Shown here piece by piece: positions 1 to 11,879 of a DNA stretch of 64,000 nt. The notes under the pieces were generated by a model. The model saw nothing but the letters and a program-made list of their open reading frames with translations, was not told where the DNA came from and made no database searches. Origin of the DNA: Octopus vulgaris. Its lineage: Eukaryota. Position 1 is the first letter of the stretch. The number at the start of each line of letters is the position of its first letter. The position numbers and the translations under genes are program-made. Location of the stretch: contig OX597822.1 in NCBI GenBank assembly GCA_951406725.2, forward strand, positions 85,436,001 to 85,500,000. Direction: 5' to 3'.

Positions 1-162
1 TGGCAGTGCGACAAACGGTAGAGGGAGCAGGGGATGGGAAAACGGGGCGAGAGAAAGCGAGAGAGAAAAGGCATTGATTTCTTACATGTAAAATTGATTT
101 TTAGAAAAGAGAAAGAAATAAGAACTGGAAAGAGAAAGTGTTCATGTGTATGTCTTTGAATC

Positions 163-234
<72 letters not shown>

Positions 235-834
235 GGGATATGTTTGAAGTTGGCGGAAAATTTTGAAGAAAAATTTGAAGAAAATTACGAAATAACGAAA
301 ATTAATGAAAGAAAATTATAGTGATACAATATTGAGGACGGGAGGGTGAGATAAGAATGAAAGAGGATGGGGTGGAGACGTGTGTGTGTGTGTGAGTGTG
401 TTTGTGGTGTGTGTGTGCAGGTGAGCTTGTGTGCAATGCTGCGAAAGTGTGTCTGAGTGTGTGAGCGGGTGTGTGTTTGTACACATGTGCGTAGGTGAGC
501 TTGTGTGCATTCGTGTGTATATGTGTCTCTGAATATATGTGTATGTATGAGATATGTGTGGGGTGGGGGTGGGGTGAGAGTGTACTCATGTGCACAAGTG
601 TGTGTGTGTGTGAAGCTGGAAACAGATCTGTGTTGAAAGTTCTAGAAATAATCGCAGTCGATAGCAAAATAAAATTAGAGAAAGGGCGAGAGAGAACGTG
701 AGAGTAAGAGTGAGGGAAGGGAGGGAGAGTGTGAGAGAAGGAAGAAGAATGAGAGAGAGGGAGGGAGGGAGGTAAAGAAGGCAGAAATGGGGGAAACGAG
801 TTGAATGGATGTGTGTGTGTGTGCGTGTGTGTGT

Positions 835-873
<39 letters not shown>

Positions 874-1064
874 GAGGACAATAAAGAATACGAAAACAAC
901 GAAAAGTTTTGTCGTAAACGGGAGAGAGAGAGGGGGAGGAAAGGATTAACACACGTACACACATAAATATATGTATATATATATATATATGTGTATGTAT
1001 ATGCAAGAAGCGAATATGCACACACACACACACACGCACTATGTGTGCATATGTGTCTATGAGT

Positions 1065-1105
<41 letters not shown>

Positions 1106-1592
1106 GGTTCATCGCACACATACACACACACATGGTTACATGAATACACATGTAACGAGTGTCTTGCACACACACACACACACACTCACACAATTACATG
1201 TGTGTGTATAAGAAAAAGAGAGGAATGTATGTGCGTGCGTGTGTGTGCGTGCGCGTTTGTGCGTGCGTATGCGCGTCTATGTATGTAAGTGTGTGAGTGT
1301 GTTCGCGCGCGTGTATGCGTGTATGCATATAGGTGTTTGTGCGTATGTTTGTGCATTTTTGTGTGCGAGAGAGAGAGAGGAAGTGAGTGAGTGAGTGTGT
1401 GTGTGTATGTGCACGCACGCGTGCGTGCGTGCGTGTGCGTGTGTGAGAGAGAGAGTAAGTTTGTGTATGCGCGCGCGTGTACTAGTGCCAAACTGATTAT
1501 TGCTCTTTCCTTCATACTCAAACCTTTTCGCTCTGTGAAATTCTTCAGACGATGACAAAAAATTTTTAAATTATTCTTTTTGTCGCAGAAAA

Positions 1593-1625
<33 letters not shown>

Positions 1626-1699
1626 AACACGAAAAGAAAAACTGGGAAGAATGACAGAAAGTAATTAAGTTGAAGCTTTCCCTCTCTGAAGAGTCAAAC

Positions 1700-2118
1700 A
1701 CATACATACATACATACATACATACATACATACATACATACATACATACATACATACATACACGGCACACGTACATACATACATACATACATACACACAC
1801 ACATACATACATACATACATACATACATACATACATACATACATGGCACACACACATACATACATACATGGCACACTACATACATACATACATACATACA
1901 CACACATACATACATGCATACATACATACACACACATATATACATACATATATACATACATACAAACATGCATGGCACACACTCATACATACATACATAC
2001 ATACATACATGCATACATGCATGCATACATACACACACACACATACATACATACATACATACATACATACATACATACATACATACATACATACATGCAG
2101 GCATGCATGTATGTATGT
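1700..2118. repeat. Compound (TACA)n microsatellite
   Basis: Long interrupted TACA tetranucleotide array; source of the MYVC/HTYI pseudo-ORFs. Confidence 0.95.
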
Positions 2119-2270
2119 AGGCGAAGGCGTGGCTGTGTGGTAAGAAGCTTGCCTCCAATCACATGCTTTCAGGTTTGCCTGCCACCTTGGGTGTCTTCTG
2201 CAATAGTCTCGGAGTGACCGAAGCCTTGTGAGTGGATTTGGTAGACGAAAACTGAAAGAAGTCTGTCGCA
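2119..2270 (+). mobile_element. tRNA-derived SINE, family A (5' part)
   Basis: Head GGCGTGGCTGTGTGGTAAGAAGCTTGC and body GCCTTGTGAGTGGATTTGGTAGACGAAAACTGAAAGAAG, shared with copies at 7372, 17.6-18.0k, 48481, 56485 and 58.6k. Confidence 0.85.
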
Positions 2271-2441
2271 TATGTGTGTGTGTGTGTGTGTGTGTGTGTC
2301 ACAGTATTGACCAGCCTATTAAATGTTGTTACACACTGCTGGTCACAATGCACTTCCAATTCCGTCTTGACTGCACCATTCTTTTCCATTTTCACCCAAT
2401 TTGCTTGGCCAAATCGTCCTCCCATGTATAAACAATATTTC

Positions 2442-2598
<157 letters not shown>

Positions 2599-2639
2599 GC
2601 ATCTATGTATGTGCTTCCGAATTGCCCTAAAGTCAATAC

Positions 2640-4250
2640 AAGTTGTTTGTCTTGAAGCAGGCTTCATTTCATGTTTCATAATATATTGTCTTTCTTTATT
2701 CATCGTTATTTCGTCCTAACGAGGATTTGTAAAATGGAAATATGTTAAAATATTGTCGATTTTAGTCCGGCACATGTTGCTATATGTCCGCTTAACAGGA
2801 TTTTCCTGTTTATTGTTTCCTTTCCTTTTTTCATTATTTATTTGTTGCTTGTGCACCATTAATCATCTGTGAAGCGATAATTCCATCTGTCCCCAACACT
2901 TTACGCCATAAATTAAGTTTTGGGAGTTACAAGTGAAATTTTATTTTATTTTGAAGATTTGTCCATTCTTCAATTGGAATCCCGAGTCTGCAATTAAATA
3001 CAGATACGTACCATGATTTGGTCGACCACATTTTTCAAACATGAGGCCGGCCGTTTGTTTCAAATCCTTTACCGAAACGAGAATCTACATCAAAGTCTCC
3101 AGTTGCTTTCTGATTTCTATAGTAAATTGATTGGCTTTTTTCAAGCAGAATATGTATGTTGCTTTGTTAAATATTTCACTATTTTAGAGATGAAAAGTAC
3201 AGACATAAGTTAAAACATTGACCTGAGTGCTTTACTTTTTATTTTTCTGAGATCATGAGAAACTAAACATTTTGTCCTTCCTAATCAATGAAATTGAATG
3301 GAGACGTTCTTTGAATTCGTAATTATTTCACTCTTAGTCTCTGATCATATATTGTAATGTTTGAAACAACTGTGAAAATCCTTTTCCCTAAGTTGAAAGG
3401 AAGATTTGCTTTTATATGTTTAAGGTAAAAGGATGTGAAAAGAAGGTACTGTTTAGAATTCGTGGGTCGGTAGAGGATATATCTACTTCACTGTTTCCAT
3501 ATTTGCTCATGATTAGAATGTCTAACCAATATTTTATTGCATTGATTCCTTTATGGGGAATATTTTATTGCATTGATTCCTTTATGGGGAATATTGGTAC
3601 ATAGATTAATAACATCATAAAAAAACAATAATGATTTACTGTGTCTGGTAAGTAGTGATTAAGTAAATCCAAATCGTCTCGAATAAAACTTTGTGTTTTA
3701 AGAAAGGTTTTCGCAAGATGGTCAGAGAATTGTTTAGCCTGTATGTTTCGCATGCAGAGATGTTACAATTGGTCTCAGTTTCAAATCATCTGCAGATGGT
3801 ATTTTGGTATACTCAGATTTAGAGTTTTACAATGAACACTTATAGCTTTACTTTTATGAAATGTCGGTAGACAAAAGAAATTGTTAGTTTTGTATCTGAA
3901 ATTGCGTTTAAAGTGAAATTCCTTAGAGGATGGAGGTCAAACATTTGCGGTATTTATTCGGTAAAACCAGGCGATCTTCTCATTACTTTTCTTTGTTTAC
4001 AATTAACGTTTCAAGCGTCAGTTCTTTGAACTACTTTGTAGCCATGGTAACAACAGCATTACCTTTATCGGCTTCTTTAATCGTAATTTCAGTATTTTGT
4101 TGTAATTAGATTTTTTACCTTTCTTGTTTCGTGAAATTTGACTTTATATTCCTAATTTTTTTCAATTTTATTGAAAAACTGTAATGAGTTCCGAGAAAAT
4201 TCCAAGGGCTTTATTTTTTTTTACTTTATTCCGACAAAATTTGCTTTTAT
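2640..4250 (-). mobile_element. Decayed Penelope-like retroelement (RT region, probably Neptune-type)
   Basis: Minus-strand translation gives EITIKEADKGNAVVTM (about 4043-4090), LKLRPIV (about 3765-3785) and SFIRDDLDLLNHYLPDT, which are PLE RT motifs. Many stops and frameshifts. Internal 31-bp tandem duplication at 3528-3589. Confidence 0.75.
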
Positions 4251-4319
4251 TTATTTATTTGAAAGAGAATAATAGTGGCAATGAAACATTGGTAAAAAAA
4301 ATTAATAAAAGTGAAATAC

Positions 4320-4620
4320 AGTCCTCGTCGCGTGTGGTGATTTGTGTGTCTCAATGACTCTGAGAACTTTGCCAACCGAGCGGAAGCTCCAGGTAGGGTC
4401 TTCGATGTTGGGTAAGCCAAAGGATAGAGGCCGAATTAATATGAATCATCTCTTCCTAAATGTTAAAAATGGGTTTACGTAGGAGCAGCAACCCTATCTA
4501 GAAATAAAAGCAAAGTTGCAGAAGCATGGATGATAATTCGAAACTTGAAAATCCAACAACAGCTGAAAGAGAAAAGCCTTCTCTCGGAGAAACACATGGG
4601 TCGGGTTATGAAGACAAAGG
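4320..4620 (+). mobile_element. RTE-clade LINE 5' UTR remnant
   Basis: TGTGTCTCAATGACTCTGAGAACTTTGCC...GCTCCAGGTAGGGTC...GGATAGAGGCC...GCAACCCTA resembles the 5' region of RTE/Expander elements. Recognised from memory, not searched. Confidence 0.55.
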
Positions 4621-5278
4621 TGGACAGGCAGAGGAAAAGAGGAGCCAGAGTGGAAAACAGAAGAGAAAAGTTGCCCGAGGTTTTTGCTCCATTGGGAGAG
4701 AAGGGCTTGAGTACTTCATTATAAATATATTTCATGTTACGCTGAGAAGAAGCGCACAGTACCAGAATATTTTCGACTCTAGTCAAATATAACAAACTAC
4801 TCGAAATCATTGTTAGACTCTCCGCATAAGTGGAGTCAAGACCTGACATCGAGTCGTATAAGTTGTGATAACGAAGTCAAATATTTCAGGTTTGCATAAC
4901 GTATAACAGGAGATGCATCCATTACGTAATACTTGCTTTAACTGATGCATTAGTCATACACATACGCATACAAATATTCATAAACAAGCAAATGCTTTAG
5001 CGATTCAAAAGTCCTTTGACAAACAACCCACTCCTAAATTCATTTTTCTGATATGGTAAGTTTTGTATAAGTTTAGGAATGAGGAAGCACTTTCGATATA
5101 ATCGTATGAAATGAAGAATAACTGACTTGAAGTGTTACCAAATAATCAAGTCTCACTGATTCTAGGTAATTTCACTCCCGATATTTTGACTCCGGTAATC
5201 TGACCCCTGGTAATTTGACTGTCAATCAGTTTCACTCCTGGTAATTTCACCCCTAAAATTATAGAAAAAAAACAATTC

Positions 5279-5419
5279 GTTGTTGTTGTTGTTGTTGATG
5301 ATGATGATGATGATGATGAAGACTATGACGATGACGATGATGACGATGATGATGATAATGATGATGACCATGATGATGATGATGACGACGACGACGACGA
5401 TGATGATGATGATAATGAT
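5279..5419. repeat. (TTG)n/(GAT)n/(GAC)n trinucleotide tract inside the MULE
   Basis: Visible directly in the sequence. Confidence 0.9.
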
Positions 5420-5554
5420 TTACAGAGTAATTCAGTTATCGGAGAGTATCATTTCAGTCATCCATTCGGGTGTCTTATTTAAAGAGCTTACAGCTTTACC
5501 CGTGACTCTTCGCCACATCATTCGTTACTTAAAAAGGAACTCTGCATACACCGT

Positions 5555-6880
5555 ACCTCCCGTTTTTAACAGTATCTGCGGAAGGAAGAAACTTGTGAAT
5601 AGCATGAATTACATATATGAAGCACAGAAACAAAATGCAGATGGATCTACGACTTACTGGAGATGCGAAATTGGTTCCTGTAATGCTCGAATCCACACCA
5701 TGAAAATTATACCATAATTAAGCACATTGGTGGACATCATCGTAATTCGTGTGCTTCAAAACCCAAAGTTCGCAAAACTTTAGCGGACTTGAAGTCACAA
5801 GCAGCTGCTTGCCAGGAATCTTCTCGTTCATTAATTGCGACTGTTTGTGAAAAGCTTGATGAAAATGAAAAGTCTCACATGCTGCCCTCGACTTCGTGTA
5901 TAACTCGCAATATAAGGAACTGGTGTCAAGCAAAAGCAAGTGCCCCTCCAATCCCTCAGAGTGGATTTGGTTATGAGATACCCGATGAATACAAGTTCTT
6001 AGATAATGGCGAACTTTTCTGGCAGTTTGATAGTAGTGAAACTGATGTAGACAGATTATTCGTCTTTCCAGCTGATAAAGGACTTGATGACTGAGTGAAT
6101 GTAAAACACTGGACAGGTGATGGAACTTTGAAGTGCTCCCCAACTATATTTCATCAGTTGTACATGCTTTATATTCAAGTGGGTCCATTCTGTGTTCCAC
6201 GATTGTTTGCATTACTTCCAAACAAAAATCAAAAAACTTACGTCAGCCTTTTTAATAAAGATAAATGAATTCTGTCAAGGGCTGAGCCCTAAAAATGTTA
6301 TGATGGGTTTTGAAAAAGCTCACATTAATAGCATTTTATCTGTGTATCCTAGAGCTTCCAATATGTACAGAAAAGTATGTGAATTTGACTTTAAGGAGAT
6401 ACCATTATGATAATGAATTTAGCATTAAAATCAAATGTTTTTCAGCGTTGGCTTTTCTTCCTCTCGATGATGTGATTGACGGATTCAAAGATCTTGTAGA
6501 TGATGGCGATCTTCCGCAAGAACTTGTGTTCTACTTTGAATTATGGTACATAGGATGCGTGCGAGGTAGAGGAATTAGACAACGAAGAACTCCTCCTTTG
6601 TTTCCCATTGATAGTTGGAATGTCGGTTTTAGAACAGAATCAGGTATGCCTCATACTAATAACCATTTCGAGGGATATCACAACGCACTACAAAGTTCTT
6701 TGACTTGCACTCATCTGAATCGATGGAAATTAATTCCTGCATTGAAAAAGAGAAGAACTTTTGGCACAACTGAGAAAGGTTGAATTTGATTGGGGTGAGA
6801 TCTGCGAGACCAAAAACAAAAAAGTATAAAGATATAAACTAACGGCTGCAGATAACCATTGAGCGACCTAGTCCCGAAAA
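5555..6880 (+). pseudogene. FLYWCH + MULE DDE transposase pseudogene
   Basis: FLYWCH-like GRKKLVNSMNYIYE...TYWRCEIGSCNARIHT; DDE-region WTGDGTLKCSPTIFHQLY, MMGFEKAHINS, FSALAFLPLDDV, YFELWYIG, PPLFPIDSWNV, HTNNHFEGYHN. Spread over several frames with stops. Confidence 0.88.
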
Positions 6881-7371
6881 TAAGATGGATTTTTTTTTTA
6901 CGAGCAATAAGGTCATAACCGTCATTATTGTTGAAGCTTTTAGAAATATTTTTAATGTTTATTGTACTTTTATTTTATCTTTATTCGACGTTTTATTTTT
7001 CCCCATATCGGGAGTGAAATTACCAGGAGTGAAATTGACTGTCAGTCATATGACCGGGGATCAAATTACCGGAGTCAAAATACCAGGAGTGAAATTACCA
7101 GGTGTCAAATTACTGGCTGCCGGGACACCGCGAGGGTGACAAAAAAAAAAAAAAACAAAGATTCCTCGAGATGAAATCTTTGAAACTCAAAAGTTTATTT
7201 TGTGTAGAACATTAATCAATCTTTTGTTTCCAGTCAGGCCAAAAAAAATTTAAGATCAGTTAAGTTTCTTCACAAAGAACTGCTTAAATATGTGCCAGAA
7301 ATAGGCTGTGGCTTGGTTTTGTGGTTAAGATTTTCGCCAAGCAATCACGTGGTGTATGTATGTATGTATGT

Positions 7372-7515
7372 AGGCGTGCGGTAAGAAATTAACTTCTGAA
7401 TCACATGCTTCCAGGTTCAGTCCCACTACGTGCGCGTGGCACCTTCGGCGAGTATTTTCTACTAAAGCCCCAGGTGAAAGGATTTGGTAGACGGAAACTG
7501 AAAGAGGCCCATCGT
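7372..7515 (+). mobile_element. SINE family A (5' part)
   Basis: GGCGTGCGGTAAGAA...GGTTCAGTCCCACTACG...GGATTTGGTAGACGGAAACTGAAAG. Confidence 0.8.
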
Positions 7516-7541
7516 ATATATATACTGGAAACAAAAGATTG

Positions 7542-7575
<34 letters not shown>

Positions 7576-8369
7576 ATGCGTGTGTGTGCATCCGTGTGTG
7601 TGCATGCGTGTGTGTGTGTGTGTGGATGTGTGTATATATGCATGTGTATGTGTGTGTGCATGTATGTAGAGAGAGAGAAAGGTAGACATATATAGATACA
7701 TGCATAAATACGTACATACATGCACGCATACATACATACATACATACATACATACATACAAACATACCCCCCATAAATGTATACATTCGTGCACCCTCGC
7801 ATACACCCATCCATCCATCCATGCGTATACATTACATGTATTTATAAGTTATTCAATAATCGTTAAAATCTGACACAACACGCCACATTAATCCGTCAAT
7901 ATGGAGCTTGTTAAGAAGTGCTGCATGCACCGGGGTTAACAAACAAAACAAACTGAGGAAATAAACTAACCACAATGTGCATGCAGGGAGACTGGGGCAT
8001 ATCGTGACATGCATTTACTAGTATGTAACACATGCATTGACATGCAAACCAACACAATAAACACGCATGCCTTACAGATTCAATGCCAGCCACAGACGCA
8101 CGCACTCACTTCTTGAATTTCAACTGTGGCTTTCGTACTGCCGTGAGCAAGCCCGCCCCAAGGAAACGGCGCTTCTCTCCACCCCCTTAGGTTGGGTCCA
8201 CGTGTAAGCCAAGCCCCAAAGCTCATGATTCAAAGCCTCGAGCTTTTACTCAACTCATTATGCACTCTACTATAAATGCAATTGGGTCTGACCAACGGCG
8301 TGATGTAATTCGTTCTGACAGGCTGGGCTCGAAGGAAGAGCTCCTACCAGTTCACCACCAGGCAGGAGA

Positions 8370-8405
8370 CAGATATATAGATACAGAGAGAGAGAGAATG
8401 ATGGG

Positions 8406-8491
<86 letters not shown>

Positions 8492-8878
8492 ATAATAGAT
8501 AGAGAGAGAGAATGATGGATAGATAGATAGTTAGATAGAGAGAGAGATAAATAGATAGAGAGAGGGAGAGAGAATGATGGATGGATAGATAGAGAGAGAG
8601 AGATTAAGATGGATAGCTAGATAGATATGCATATACATATGTATGTATGTACGCATGTATGTATCTATGTATGTATGCATACGAACAGATATACACACGC
8701 ACACACACACACATGCAAACACATACTTGCATACATATATATATGCGCTTGCTCATATACCTGAGTGTGCGTATGCCTACATACATACGCACATACAATA
8801 TGCATATGTATATGCATATCTATGTATCTATCCGTACCTCCATCCATCTATCTATCTATTAATCTATTTATCTGCCTG

Positions 8879-8955
<77 letters not shown>
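8370..8955. repeat. Compound (GATA)n/(GA)n/(TATC)n microsatellites
   Basis: Visible directly in the sequence. Confidence 0.9.
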
Positions 8956-8958
8956 ATA

Positions 8959-9082
8959 GATATTTATATTAATAGATCCAACTTACGCGGAGTAGAAACG
9001 ACTTAAAGCACCTTTCTTCCATTATTTTAATTTTCTTCATCGTTTATATTCTGTGTCAGTTGGATCTATTAATATAAATATC
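8959..9082. repeat. Inverted repeat, about 43-bp arms
   Basis: GATATTTATATTAATAGATCCAACT pairs with AGTTGGATCTATTAATATAAATATC (25 bp perfect) and extends imperfectly inward. Confidence 0.85.
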
Positions 9083-9577
9083 GATATATTTATACTGAAA
9101 TATTCATCGTCTCAAAGTCTCCATCTTCTTTCTCTCTTGGTTTCTATGTATCCACATAATATATATTTTGTGTTTCATGCCCAAGCTGTTGTATCATATT
9201 TAATATATCTGATTTGTTTATCCGCATAATCGCCTCTATACATGTATATGCATATATATTGAGAGACAGACAGGCAGATAGATAGATAGACAGATACATA
9301 CATACATACATACATACATACATCTAGATATGTGTGTATGCTGCTACGTGCGTAAACATGTATGCATGTATGTATGCATGTATGCATCTATGTAAGTATT
9401 TATGTATTTATGTCAGCATCTATGAACGTATATATATGCATGCATGTATATATGTGTGTCAGCATCTATGTATGTATGTAAGCATCTATGTATGTATGCA
9501 TGTATGTATGCATGTATGTATGTATATAAGTATGTATGTATGCATACATGCATATGTATGTATGTATGCATACATGC

Positions 9578-9608
<31 letters not shown>

Positions 9609-10066
9609 TGTATGTATGTATATATGTGTGTGTGTATGTATCACTCTGCGCGGCAGAATTAACACAAATTCAGTGATTTTCGTGCAGATTATGAAATATT
9701 TATCAAAAAATACCCTTTATTTACAAATATATTAACAAATAACATCTGATATGAATTTCGTTTCATTTTCTAATTCAGAATTTTTTTCTTTTCAATTCTT
9801 AAGAATCTAGATTTTTTTCTCCCCTCTTCCAGTCCTGTTAGAATATTTCGTTAATTTTAGAATATTCTGTTAAATTTTCTGAGATGTTATAAGACATATT
9901 ATTTCTGAATTTGTATTCACTTTCAACATCAAAACACTGGAAATATTGTTCATAAACAGATTTTGCCTCTTTTAAAATACATAATTTTCAACTTCTTCCG
10001 TATATTTGTTTCGTTTTTGGATTTGGTTTGCAAGATTCTTTATGTGAGTTCGTGTGTTGAAGCATA

Positions 10067-10180
10067 TTCTGTTGTGACTGGGGAGAGTCATTCTCTTTTG
10101 GTACCTTATAATTTTACTGGTGAGTGTGTTAAATTATAAGGCACACCAAAAGAGAATGACTCTCCCCAGGCACAACAGAA
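10067..10180. repeat. Fold-back inverted repeat, about 47 bp paired, 16-nt loop
   Basis: 10067-10102 pairs with 10145-10180 (one mismatch) and 10104-10114 pairs with 10131-10141. Confidence 0.9.
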
Positions 10181-10409
10181 CATTCGTATATTTGGTTTTC
10201 ACATAAATTCGTTCGATGTTTTCTTTTATTTTTTCTTCAGTTATTTTCAATCTTTTGCAATGTTTTCTGAATTAACAGGAAAATATTTTTATCGTAGTGT
10301 TTCATAGGATGCGGTGGGGGTGGGGTGAGGGGTTGTAGTCCTATCCTTCCTCTACAACTTTATTTTCGTTTTAGAAGTTTTAATAAGTTTTGCTTTTTCT
10401 CGGAAATAT

Positions 10410-10475
<66 letters not shown>

Positions 10476-10500
10476 TAGTAGTAGCAGCAGTAGCAGCAGC

Positions 10501-10556
<56 letters not shown>

Positions 10557-10585
10557 TAGTAGTGGTAGTAGTATAATAGTAGTAG
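10410..10585. repeat. (GTA)n microsatellite
   Basis: Visible directly in the sequence. Confidence 0.95.
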
Positions 10586-10829
10586 AGGTATGGAGAAACG
10601 CGGTGTAACAGCAGGTCGTTGCATCCACCATTTGTTGGTGATTCAGTACAACTCGTAGTGGATGACACCTTTGCCCCACTCAGATGGCAACCCTCCAACC
10701 CATGGGTCTGTTTGAGTAGTTGTTGCTGGTAAGGGTTTTCATGAGGTCGGTGTGCAAATCATTTAGTTACCTTTTGGGTGGGGGACACGCAGAGGAGAGG
10801 ATGGTCGTTTTCTTTGACATCTCAGTCCC

Positions 10830-10970
10830 CACAACACTAGAGTAACGTGAAATGAAGTATTATGCTAAAAAAAAAAAAAAACTTTAACACGCCGCCTGGT
10901 CAGGGAATCGAACACATGACCTGGGGATCGTGAGTGCAACACCCTAACCACTAGGCCCACGGGCCTTCAC
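10830..10970 (-). mobile_element. tRNA-derived SINE family C (head)
   Basis: Reverse strand GTGAAGGCCCGTGGGCCTAGTGGTTAGGG...GTTCGATTCCC has Pol III A/B boxes. Confidence 0.7.
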
Positions 10971-11159
10971 GGGATGGAGAGCCAAGTAGAAAAAATCAAA
11001 CAAATGTATTTGACAACCCTGAACATAGAATAATATTTTTGCTTACCCCGTTTTGTTACAATTTTCAATTTTTTTCCTTTTTTCAGTCAGATTATTATTT
11101 GTTTCAACAAAAATTATTGTTTTTACCCACCAAAATGTCCAGAATTTCATCATTTAAAA

Positions 11160-11295
11160 CAATGGTTCTCTCAATCGGTGTCCACATGACCTTTAGGAGT
11201 TCATATAAGGGTTTGTTGTCAAAATTTATCGAGGGTCCAGAAGACTGAAATTGGCATCAAAGGGGTCCACAGGCAAAGAAATAGTTGAGGGTCAC
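11160..11295. mobile_element. hAT-type MITE, degenerate copy
   Basis: CAATGGTTCTC terminus and internal GGGGTCC motifs, as in the copy at 57078-57372. Confidence 0.55.
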
Positions 11296-11879
11296 AAACT
11301 GAAAAGCATATTTTCTTTTCTAATACATAAATCGTAAGTTCTTGTCATACGTGGAAATAAATATTTTCCTCAACACCAGACTTGTTCTGAGACGGATTTT
11401 CAAGTTGGTTCTTAAATGCTTATCATTAGTCCACAAAACCATGCAGGAATATTTTATTTGAGTGACTGGTACTTTTTCAAAGAAATAATTCTTCAACTCA
11501 GATATAGAAATTGATATTTTCCTTCACTCAGATTATTTAGAATTTTCAAACTTTAGGCTTATGGAATGTGGACGGAGGCTTGACCAAGTGGTTAAGAAAT
11601 TCACTTTGTAATCCGGATGATCTGGTTTCAATCCTCTGCATGGCAACGTTATTTTTTAACATAGTCCCGGTTGAAACTGGGTTGCCGAAAACTGTGTTGA
11701 AGCCAGTTGAATGGATTTTCTGTAATTAAAAGGTCTAATCTTTAACCATAAGCCTGATTGATGGGTTCTGATTGGTAAGCTAACCATGACCGAAAAAGCA
11801 TAAAAGTACACGAAAGTCAATAGCTTTCGATCTTCTGTTCCAGACGATGTATTTTCTATTGATTTGACTCAGGTTCGCT

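Larger units (their letters stand above)
5161..7121 (+). mobile_element. Mutator-like (MULE) DNA transposon with repeat-array inverted termini
   Basis: Left array of about 15-bp GGTAATTTCACTCC units (5165-5255) and inverted GGAGTGAAATTACC array on the right (7005-7115) enclose a transposase pseudogene. Confidence 0.85.

Noticed and set aside
5165-7115. 15-bp repeat arrays as CRISPR- or iteron-like structures
   Set aside because: No unique spacers, eukaryotic context, and the arrays are inverted termini of a MULE.
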